Of a DNA stretch of 38,635 nt, positions 1-10,598 are shown in pieces. The notes below the pieces were generated by a model, which saw only the letters and a program-made list of their open reading frames with translations, was not told the DNA's origin and ran no database searches. Location of the stretch: positions 337,231 to 375,865 of the forward strand of contig NMRA01000423.1 of assembly GCA_002633005.1 (NCBI GenBank), read 5' to 3'. The translations under genes were made by a program, and so were the position numbers. Source of the DNA: Phoronis australis. Taxonomy: Eukaryota > Animalia > Phoronida. How positions within the stretch are numbered: the stretch's first letter is position 1; the number at the start of each line of letters is the position of its first letter.

Positions 1-1913
1 ACCTTCTCAAAAATTTTTGACTTAAAGTGCTTTAAAATCACACCCACAGTATAACGCCATAGGATTATCCCTTAGCGCAAGCAGTGTCGATGTGGCAACT
101 GAATGGAGTGTTCGAAAAACAGGATTGCAGGAGAATTTGTTTAAACTGGGAACAAATGAAAACATTAACGACCTCCTCAGAGGCATCTCTCTACGCGATA
201 CTTCTAAACTTATAGGAACATAATTTGCCGAAAAGTATCCGGCATATGAAGTACCTATGGTATGATCATCGTCTCTACTGGATCAGCAGTATTGTCTAAG
301 GCCTAGGCAGCCAAGGGGCTGAACAAGCTAAAAAACAACTGGTGATAATGCTGAGTCACACATGGAAAACACCAAGATGTATTTTTAAAAAACACGTACC
401 TGTTTTTGAAAGCTATACTTCTTTCTCTTTCTTGAAATGTGGCCCATAATGTACTTTTCCTGCTAACAAATGATGCACTCATGTTTCAGAATGTTCCTAT
501 CTTGTTCAGGTTAATTGGGTGTTTCAGATGTTGGAAGTATAATTGATTTTCTTGGGAAATCTTGGATAACATCTGTATCACCATAGACTATAGTACATCT
601 ATGGTATCACTTTCAGCAACTTCAGCTTTAGTACTGCTGTTGGTGCCTTGAAACGTTGCTATGCCGTTCTATGTCCTTTCAATTTTTTGGTCTGACACTT
701 GGTCTAGTCTACAGCACTCAGCAGTATACTGTGTAGGCTACCAGGACATGTCTTCTGCACAAACGTTTGTGACACCTCTTCTTCTTTTTGATCTACTGAT
801 CTGCAGAGTTCCACAGTCAATCAGCTTTCGTCAGGAAGCTTTCCTAAACTTCTTTAGGCTCTGACATCACAATTTTGTGCTGTTTGATAAACCTTGAATT
901 ATACAGGCATCATATTCCATGGGAGCAGCCATATTGAAGTAACTAAGCACAACAATACAATCTGGCTCTCTGATTGGTCAATTCACTAGAAAAGCGCCAT
1001 CAAGTGGCAGGAATGTGCATCATATTTTGTGCAAAAAACACCTTTTTTAGAAAAATGTGCAAGTGTAGACGTGGGAACTTTTTGGAATTTGATTTATAGG
1101 TATATTATCTAGCCACATAGAAAAAACTAGGTTGCCCCCCAAAGTACTCACAAGGATGAACGCTATGAAATCTGGCCCACCGACTACTAGGCCAGGCCAC
1201 TGCCTCGACGTCTGGAGACTCAGAACATCAGAACAATTCGTCTGGATTTTCGGCAAAATGTGAACCGCGTGATTGATTGACCATCAGTCTTATTAGAAGA
1301 ATGGTTTTGGTAAAATGTGTTTCTTCATGTGCTTAATACGTAGAGAAGGGTTTATTCTTTTCTAGGTTTTACCAGTTACCACTTTGTTCAATGTCATTGA
1401 CAAGTTGAATGTGTTCTCTCTGCATTTGTTCCTAACCAGTAAAACACCAAATAGGCCTACCAAAGATTGCCTAATTGATTATCCCTTAAACTACTTCATA
1501 CTTCAGTTGTATTTTAATAATAGCCAATTCCAATATCATTTTAATCATGTATTGGTGTTCTGTCATAATTCTATTCCTGTTTGTCAATGACACACATTCG
1601 TTAGAAACTATTTTGGACCTCGGACAGAAGTGAAACTGGACGTATAACTTAGTTTTACCATGTTTTTCAATTGATGCACCCAGCAGGTATGGTCGATATA
1701 CTAAGACAACTAGGCGACCTTCAACACTGCTGTCCAATACATGGTATTTTGTGGCCAACAAAGGAAAATTTAATTAAATGTTTTACTCACATCAAATTAA
1801 CAGAGAATCTGTGTACAATTGTGATATTTCAACCTTTGCATGACAAGTCATTAAGATTCATAGTGAAGTTAGTGATTGTGAAGTTTGCTATAAATTGTTC
1901 ATTGTTTCTGCAG

Positions 1914-2009
1914 GACAGCGCAGCACTTCACATGGCAGCAGGGAAGGGCAGGACGGAGGTGGTGAGGGTGCTGGTGCAGGGTGGGGCCGACGTAGACGTG
2001 CAAAACAGG
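1914..2009 (+). CDS. Ankyrin-repeat exon A (first visible) of ANK-ZU5 gene: DSAALHMAAGKGRTEVVRVLVQGGADVDVQNR
   Basis: Acceptor tgtttctgcag ends at 1913 and donor gtaata starts at 2010. 96 nt, phase 0/0, GC-rich island, ankyrin consensus LHxAAxxGxxEVVxxLxxxGADV. Confidence 0.9.
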
Positions 2010-2573
2010 GTAATAGAAACTAATTGAGACGACATTAGAATTAAGACAATGTTATCTTTGTTACAAAAGCTGTAGACTATCTGAAGTTTAACTAAATGTT
2101 TTGTGTGTAAATACACTTTTCATATCTCATGATTTCAACAAATATTTTTCAATCTGTATTGTGTACATGCATCTTTAGAAACAGTGAAGTTTGAATTGTG
2201 TCAACAATATATTTGTCGACTGAACGTTGATACTTTTCTATTCTTAATGACAATCGTCCATTCAACATTACAACTTTATATTAAACACGAAGCCAGAAAT
2301 CGGTGAAGAAATACAACATGGCGGGATCGCTGTCAAGTTATGCAGGAACTCTGTAATTTCTTACAATCGACGTCTACAACATGCTCTGTTGTTACAGCAA
2401 TGTTTTAAAATCTGCAACACTTGGTTCTTGAAATCCTTACAAGTATTGTAGCGCCTTAGAGGGGTCAGTAATGTTTCATCTATGTCACCTTACAAGTTCA
2501 CTTTCCCCCTTGTATGTTAATTAGCTCTAAACGTTGATCGTCCATTCACACATCTCCATTATATATTACATAG

Positions 2574-2672
2574 TGGGGCATGACACCGCTGTACTGGGCA
2601 GCAGAGGGTGGTCATACAGACACAGTGGAGGTGATGTTGGCCAACAAGGCCAGTGTAGATGTACCTGATCAG
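2574..2672 (+). CDS. Ankyrin exon B: WGMTPLYWAAEGGHTDTVEVMLANKASVDVPDQ
   Basis: Acceptor tacatag, donor gtaagt, 99 nt = 33 codons, phase 0/0, GxTPL..AAxxGH motif. Confidence 0.93.
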
Positions 2673-3032
2673 GTAAGTAATGACACACAGGTTGTTTAGT
2701 TGAACTAGTTGTTAACAAACACGATGATTAAAACTGTTTACGAACACATTTTGTTGATATTTTTCACAATTTATTGTCCAAAAACAATGACAAGTTCAAT
2801 GTCGTCTGCTTTTCTTGGTGAAGAACCAAAGCTGCGTAGAGTTGTAACATGTTCTGTAACGTTTTAAAATCTGTAACACTTGATTCTTGAAATCGTTACA
2901 AGTATTGTAGCGTCTTAGAGGGGTCAGTAATGTTTCATTTATGTCACCTTACAAGTTCACTTTCCCCCGTGTATGTTAATTAGCTCTAAACGTTGATCGT
3001 CCATCCACACATCTCCATTATATATTACATAG

Positions 3033-3131
3033 GTGGGCTGGACACCTCTGCACACGGCAGCACTGCGTGGTTATACAGACACAGTGAAGGTGATGTTGGC
3101 CAACAAGGCCAGTGTAGATGTACGTGATGTG
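3033..3131 (+). CDS. Ankyrin exon C: VGWTPLHTAALRGYTDTVKVMLANKASVDVRDV (recent duplicate of exon B)
   Basis: Same acceptor and donor as exon B, 99 nt, TPLH motif, 459 bp downstream of B. Confidence 0.93.
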
Positions 3132-3321
3132 GTAAGTAATGACACACAGGTTGTTTAGTTGAACTAGTTGTTAACACAACGATGATGAACACACAAAATG
3201 TGACTTGGCTGAATCATTCAATGATTTAATTAATCGTGATTTATGATTTCATTTTAAACATTGACATTTTTGTTGCATTCCACCGCACGTGACGTGACGT
3301 GCACGCGACTTTAACTAATTA

Positions 3322-4141
3322 CAGTCAAGTGACCTAATTATCGGACGTTTTGGCACATTTTGCATTATATTTCATTGAAAACATTACGGATTGTTGTAAA
3401 TTCTTTGCTGAAATAAAGAATTACCATTATAGAATTGTTGTGATACTATATCTTGTCACCGAAAGCCACATTTATGTTCCGACTGATCTTCAAAAAACAC
3501 AACAACCAAACCTTCGGAGAACCTAAATATCGGAAACCATGTTTCTCCATACGCCACACCGCGGAAAACTGACTAACCACGTAATGGCCGCGGGCACCTT
3601 GTCGCAAAATTTCAGCTCGAGTGTTTTGACATATATGCTGCTAGAACCCAGGTCCATTCGCAACAAAATTATCCATGAAATGAAATCTGATGACGGCGCC
3701 AAGTCGTTTCAATGAATTATTGCAGACGAATAAAGCACGTGCAAACTCACTGCAGTTTTTAGTATCACTTAGGCTTCTTGATATGACACCCGCACGTGCG
3801 CGGTCGGGGTTTGACTTGAGTTTAAAAACAAACGAAAAAATGGAACAGTGACATATTGTCTGTTCAATGAGATGGTTTCATTGTGGAAAAAGATTTTATT
3901 TTCAACTTTTATAACCGATTTATGCGATCGTCCATTTTAGGCCGACTTGGGGGTCTAAATTGCACCCTCTCTCGGTGAAATCAAAACGAGGCAACGCTGT
4001 AAAAACGAGACGGTGCCGGACATTGAATGCATTACAACGGAACAAAAATTGGTGTCATTTAATTCTCAGATTATGCTTCAAGTAAGATTCTATGAAATGT
4101 CCGATATTTAGGTTCCGTCTGATAATTAGGTACCCTATGTG
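3322..4141. mobile_element. Non-autonomous DNA transposon (Tc1/mariner-like MITE)
   Basis: TA-flanked ends with inverted subterminal motif ACCTAATTATCGGAC (left) and GTCTGATAATTAGGT / TCCGATATTTAGGTT (right). The outermost TIR is imperfect. Confidence 0.5.
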
Positions 4142-4500
4142 TATAAACAGTTTTTAGTTCACCTAGACTTGCACACTGACTTGGTTCTTTACTTGCATTT
4201 CCACAGCACTCATTAAATGAATGTCGATCTGTTGTAATGTATGAGATCAAGTTGTTATATTTAAAACACTATTTTTTTCTACATCACATCAGAAAAACAG
4301 CTAAAAAATCCCACGCAAGTTATGTCTGAATTTAAATGTCAGGTTTTAGTCATATCCTGTTGAGTCACTCACTTCATTAGTATTGCAACTGATGTTGAAG
4401 TTTAAACTGGAAAAGTATAAAACTCGACGACTTTTTCACCCACTCACATCACTATGTATGATGCTGATCAACATTATCTATTTTTGTTCACTTACTGTAG

Positions 4501-4602
4501 GGGGGTGACACACCGCTGCACGTGGCATCTGAAGGTGGACATACAGAGGTAGTGAAACTACTGTGCAAGGAAAGCGGATGCGACGTCAATGCCGTCAACA
4601 AG
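4501..4602 (+). CDS. Ankyrin exon D: GGDTPLHVASEGGHTEVVKLLCKESGCDVNAVNK
   Basis: Acceptor cttactgtag, donor gtatca, 102 nt, phase 0/0, canonical ankyrin repeat. Confidence 0.93.
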
Positions 4603-7600
4603 GTATCACAAGAGTGTTGTACTTCTTGATTAGTTATAAATGTGTTTTAAATGGACTATGAGTTCGAGAATCTATTCATTCGTAATAAATATCTCGTCAA
4701 AAATGATCTGTCTCCTACTTACAAAGAATCTCTTCTTCACTCCATGTACCTCCCCAGATCACTCAGTGGATCAAAACAGCTTGTCTAATCGTATTAATTT
4801 GGCAGAAATAAAAAACAGACCGAACGCGCCATCAATGGTCGACAACAGCCACAGGTTCAGATTTCCTCGCTTCATTAATTATAACACATGCAGGTTTTTA
4901 ATCGGTTCACTACTAGGAATCAGATGCGCATTTAGGAAGGAAATCTTGGAAGGTTTTAGTCTTGCCTAGTTTAATATAACGATAATTTAGCAATCAATTT
5001 ATCCATGTGTTTTAACCCCATGGCTTAACTGTACATGTATTTCAACCCCACCACACAACCGTGTTTGTTCCTGCCAAGGGCGGATTTACTATTGTATGAT
5101 GTTGAAATCTAGGGCGTGACTGAGGCAAAGTCCCGGGCAGTCCGTCGAAAGCACAAGTCCTTTTATCACGGTGACAAGCCGAGCACTCTGAATCTAGTAA
5201 ACGAGCTGTAATCCACAATACATGTAAATCCAAAGTCTGTGTATACATGTGTACATGTGCAGGTGCTTTAAATTGTGTATACACTGAAGCTGGTTTGTTT
5301 ACGATTTTTGCGTGAATTTTGTTGTCGGAAACAGTACCGTGTTTTTTACCTGTCGTCTGCTTCACTTGTTTCAAAAATATGGCATCGTACTTCATCTCGT
5401 TGATCTCTCGTCTTTTTGTTATGTAAGCAAGTTTTATTGTTTAGCGATGAATACTGACTGCTTGTTATAAGTGACACGTTTTGTACCCTTATAATATCAA
5501 CACAATTATTTGAGTTTGCCAACTTCAAGCTGAAAGAATTCAAATTTATGTCGGGATATCTTGCAGAAAAATAGATTAATTACGAATGGGTGCCTGCTTC
5601 GCTAGAAAAATTGAAATTGACAAGTAAATCACTTAGATGGTAATTTTTATGTTTCAAAAGTTCAGGTTGATGCCATTATTTGTGTCTCGATGTTTAAACA
5701 AAAGATAACGGTATGTGAGTCTCGATGGTGTACATGTGTCGGTGAAGTTGACTTTACTGGTAAACATGGTAATTTATAAGATTATATATTTATTACCGAA
5801 GTTAAAAAAACGTGCCTTCAGCAGAACAAAAACGGTTATTTTTGTATCAATAAAACGAGAAACAAAATCAACGTTTGGAACCCTTGCTTTCCTAGAATTT
5901 TACACTTTCGCAAGGAAATAACAGATTATTTCGTTTGCTCAGTTGCAGTTGATTCAGCGAATTTAGTTGACCAAAGTGAATACGTTTTTGAATCATTTTT
6001 ATCATTTTGTTTTTTTTTCGGACATAGGCAGATGCATTTGTGTAAATGTTGTTTCATATCTTGAGCTTAACATCATTTTGCTTCACTCTTAACCTAAACA
6101 ATGCAAATGCCAAAAGTGAAAAATGTCACGGTAGGGCAGACAGTGTAAAAATACTTATAACTGGGTGCCAAACACACCACGGTGAGTCGTCTAGCGCTCG
6201 TGAGCTATCATTCAAACCAGTACTAAACAACCCACTGTACTTTTTCATCACATGTTCAAGCCATGTGGCCTCAGAATATTATAGATTATTGAGTAGAGAT
6301 AGTAAAAGTATTTGCCTATATCCGTGATTCATTAAAAAAATGAAAAGTTGGGGCTGGGAAATGATCCAATACATTCATTTGTTTTTCCGATAGAGTACAG
6401 TACAATTGCCAGTTATACTGATCGTGGCCAACTGTCGTATTTTTTGATTTTTCCAGCAGTGCACACCGTGAACATTTTCAGGTGTACTGACTCATGATAA
6501 ATCCGGCACATTGCAGGCTATAGCCCTCACTTTCAGTTCTGCTAAAGAAAATGGCACTCATATATTTCCAGTCGGCTAAACACAAAAGTTTCGAGCTGTT
6601 GTGGTCATTACAGCACTCGTAATGTTCGTTCGACTAGTTCGATTAAACGGGTCGTTTCTTCTGTTGCTACGATTATCTCACCCGTTTGCTGGCAGACCCA
6701 GATTTACCGCTTTATATCAAGTTTTCAATTTTCCTTATCTAATACTGACAACTATGCAGTAGCTGAACTAAATAACATTGACTACGTGTCATGAATATTG
6801 TTATTTTGTTAGTTTTCACAGCGCAGACTCCTTAGTGTCTCTTGTCTGCAGGCATCCTAAGTGTCGACGTTTTTAACAGTTCATGAAGAAATTCATTTCT
6901 CAGATTAATACGCATGCCAATAGTGCCTGTACTTTCCTCACGCGTTCAAATTCATTTTATTGAAACAAAACATTGAAATTCGGAAATATAAAAGTATAGC
7001 CTATATAATAGACGTAATTGACATTTGACATGGACTTTGACGTTCATTTATTATTCCTCCCATATTTACTCAATAACGGATTTTTACGGTACCTAACTTA
7101 GTTTGCACGTTGATGGCCACGCGTGTCCTTTTCAGTAAACCGTCATATAACGCTTCAATAAAGCATGATGCAGTTTCTGGATTCCAAGTTGGACATCCTT
7201 TATCAATCATTGTGGCGCACGGAAGAGAAATGACACGTCTTTCTTTTCTCCGGGACTGCAAAGTCCGAATTCTTCCAGTCAATGCATACAGTATGGACGG
7301 TTTAAGAAGTTAATTCCACACGCCGTGTATGTCCTACACGCTGTACGCAAAATGGTTGTGAGTCCTTACGTATCGGATATTTATTTGGTTGGAAACTCTA
7401 AATATTGGCATCTGAAAAAATCAACTTTCACGCAAACTACTCTCAGAAGGCAGCCAATGTTGTCCATAAAGTGAACGTTTGCAAATCTACATTTTGTGGA
7501 ATAATTGAATTAGACAGCCGACAAGAATTAAACGAAACAATTTCGGGTGCGAAAATGGACTTTTGCGGTATTACTTGGTAAACTTGTCGTGTAGATTTCT

Positions 7601-7750
7601 AGAAAATATTCTAAAAAATGTGCCAGTCACGAAACAAACAACGCTAATTTTATAAAGATGGTCGATTGCTAGAACGTGTGGAATATTTGAGCTTATTTGA
7701 AAGAAACGCACAGCAGTAGACGCGTGCATTTGAATCGTTTCATTTATTGT

Positions 7751-7853
7751 GATGGTGACACATCAGTTTACGTAGCGTCTGAGAATGGTTAACGAACGAA
7801 CAGTCTTGGAAGTAATTTTTGAAAAACGTGTCAATCTCGCAGTTGTCAAACAG
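7751..7853 (+). pseudogene. Ankyrin pseudo-exon DGDTSVYVASENG*RTVLEVIFEKRVNLAVVKQ
   Basis: 103 nt = 99 + a 4-nt slippage (aacgaacgaac); removing it gives 33 codons aligning to exons D/E. Stop at the His of GH, donor reads AT instead of GT, no AG acceptor. Confidence 0.7.
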
Positions 7854-10365
7854 ATAAAACAACAATGTAAATCACATTGTGTAGCAAGACAGAACTTTAA
7901 AAAATAATGAAAACACTTTCCGACTTAACTTTAATTTTCAAGTGTTGTGTTCTCCATCTCAGCGCTAAATATTCGTATACACGTTGGTGCTGATTGTCCA
8001 GGTTACCACAAATTTAGATCACGACATACATTTCCTGTATAATATATACTGACCTCAATTTCAACATAGCTATAATTCTGTACATAATCTGACTCCATTT
8101 CCGGAACATTTACTTCCATGTTCACTAAAGATATGTTAGTGATTGGTGGCAACATGTTATTGTTGGACCACATCTTATGTTCTCATAAGTATAAACAATA
8201 GTTTCAAATTGCCTTTATTATTCAGTGAAAAGCTACCAAAGTTCGTTGGATTACAAATTTATTTTTGTGAATGAATTATATCCTCATCGTTTCTTTCGGT
8301 TTGTATTTTGCAATTTTTTCTAGCTATCTTCACTGAAATTGTCACCAAAGTATCATTTACACAAACCTGTTCAGTTATTTAATGTTAGTTGTGCCATTCC
8401 GTTCAACTTTGCATACATTAGTCGTGCTTACATGTCGACGGGTGCCACCATTCGGAAATTTAGTGAAGCTTGCTTTAGAGCCGAGGCAATAACTGTTATG
8501 TCAGCAAAAGTTTCATTGATTTTCTTATACATGCACAGTGTACACAATTTCAATATTTGCCTTGTGAGCCAATATGTCTGTTTTATACATTTTTACCTTA
8601 TGTGCATGAAGTTGCGCAAAGGCGTGGATTTAAAAAAATTACAAAAGTATACAAAAATAATTATGCGCACATATACAACGGATTTCTACCTGTGCCTATA
8701 AGCAAGGCATAAGCATGCGTTTACAAGTATATGTGAAACAATTAAGAAGGAAATTTGCCTTAGTTTCTTTATTTCCTAAGCACGGAACGCACTTGTAATG
8801 TTGTGCAGTGGGTTACGATTTCCTTGGTTTACTCGAAAGAATTGAAGTGCATTACAAATGTGACAAGTAAAAATGACACGCATGTACAGCATATGCTTAA
8901 GCGGTCGAATAAATGTCAATGGCAATCTGACTATTCGTGTATTCGATCAGCAGCACAGATATTGATACCTGAAGGCTATTCCTACTGTGACAGAAGAATG
9001 GCCAAATTCAGTTGACATGATATAGACCGAGCATCTGCTTGAGCGAAATCAGTTTGCAAAATTTAAAAAAAGGACCAAATAGTTTACGTAAGCCACTGGT
9101 GTGCCAGCTGCAAATGACTAACGTTCGTTGAAAAATAACGATCACACCCAGTGGGCTCAAGGATTAGGACCATTCATTATGATTATTAAAAATGAATAAG
9201 ATTATATGGCGTATCAATTTTGTTTATTTTCTATACATGTACATTTTTCACCTGCCTTATCGAGAGTCACATCGCTCTTCTAACACCCAAAATAGCTTGA
9301 CAGCAACAAAGTATCCGTTAGATTTGATTAAAATGAATCAAATTGCTTCATTTTGTCCTCGATTAAATATCAGACAATTTCTTTCGCTAATCTGACTGAA
9401 AATAGACCACTTAGCTTTGATTTACATATGCAGTTCAACTAGGAATTGAAATGGTGGTAATCTGGACTGTGTTCAGCTTCACTAAAAACCTTGAAATTGA
9501 CAAATAAATCACCGAGATGGTATTTTTATGTTTCAAAAGTTTAGGTTGATGCCCTGTTTCGGTTGTTTAAACAAAAGATGGCGGTATGTGAGTCTCGATG
9601 GTGTTCATGTGTCGGCGAGGTTGCCTTTACTTGTAAACATGGCATTTATAGGATTATATATTTTTTACCCATGTTCAAAAAACATGACTTTAGTAGAGCC
9701 AAAACGGTTAATTTTAGAGCGATAAAACGAGAAACAAAACCAAGGAGTGGAATCCTCGCTTTCCTACATGTAGGTTTTTACAAACTAGCAAGGGAATAAC
9801 AGACTATTTCGTTTGCTCAGTTGCAGTTGATTCGGCGAATTTAGTTGGTCATGATGAATGCGCTTTTGATCATTTTTATCATTTTGTTTTTCTTTTAGAC
9901 TTAGGCGGATATATTTGAGTACAAGTTGTTAGACCTCTTGATGAGCTTAACAGTATCTTGCCTCACTCTTAACGTAAATAATGCAACTGACAAATCTGAT
10001 TATAAAATGTCACAATCATACAGGTACAGTAGGTTGCGCTGTGTAAAATACAAAGTAGGTGTCGAACACACCTTGGTACGTCGTCAAACACTCGTGAGCT
10101 ATCATTCATAAACTGAGTAAACAACGTGCTTTTGCATCACGTGTTCAGTCCATTCCACTTTAGTGTATTCTAGTTTTTAAGTAGTTGTAGTTATAGTGTA
10201 TGGTATATCGGTAAATAAATAATCCAATGCTTAGCTTTACCAATAGAGTACAATGCACACACAATCCTGCTCTTGACAAACTGTCGTATTTTTATTTTTC
10301 ACTAAGTCAAAGTGTTCCCGTTTTTAACTCACGGCAAAACTAGCATATCACGTAATATATCGCTC

Positions 10366-10598
10366 GAGGAGGCAGTGTGGCCTGGTTGATAAGTGCCTAC
10401 TTTCTTTACTCGAGGTCGTGGGTTCAAGTCCCACCAGGTCACACTGCTTAACCCTTGAGCCAGGTTTCTAGCTCCTCAGCTCGGTTTTAACCATATATTA
10501 ATAAAGCATAAACATATTTCAAGGTGATCAGTGCAATGGGTCCACATGCGAGGCCTGCGCCCGCCTGGTACTACGTGTATTAGACCGCCTGCAATTTT
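10366..10598 (+). mobile_element. tRNA-derived SINE with 13-bp target-site duplication
   Basis: A-box-like TGGCCTGGTTG and B box GGTTCAAGTCC (10421-10431). TSD TAATATATCGCTC at 10353-10365 and 10599-10611. Absent at the paralogous site near 6520. Confidence 0.85.

Larger units (their letters stand above)
2401..3186 (+). repeat. Tandem duplication of an intron-exon-intron cassette (about 2401-2727 and 2860-3186; 459-bp offset)
   Basis: Direct alignment: 7 mismatches in about 172 nt of upstream intron; the first 45 nt of downstream intron are identical. Confidence 0.95.

Noticed and set aside
620-935. Minus-strand MAAPMEYDACII... possible transposon ORF start
   Set aside because: Multiple stops and frameshifts with no diagnostic motif; cannot be assigned.
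1671-1913. 5' part of ORF 1671-2027 as the gene start, or the donor-like CAGGTATGG near 1686 as a first exon
   Set aside because: The ORF part is AT-rich and precedes a good acceptor at 1913. The nearby ATG would give phase 1, incompatible with phase-0 exon A. The start remains unresolved.
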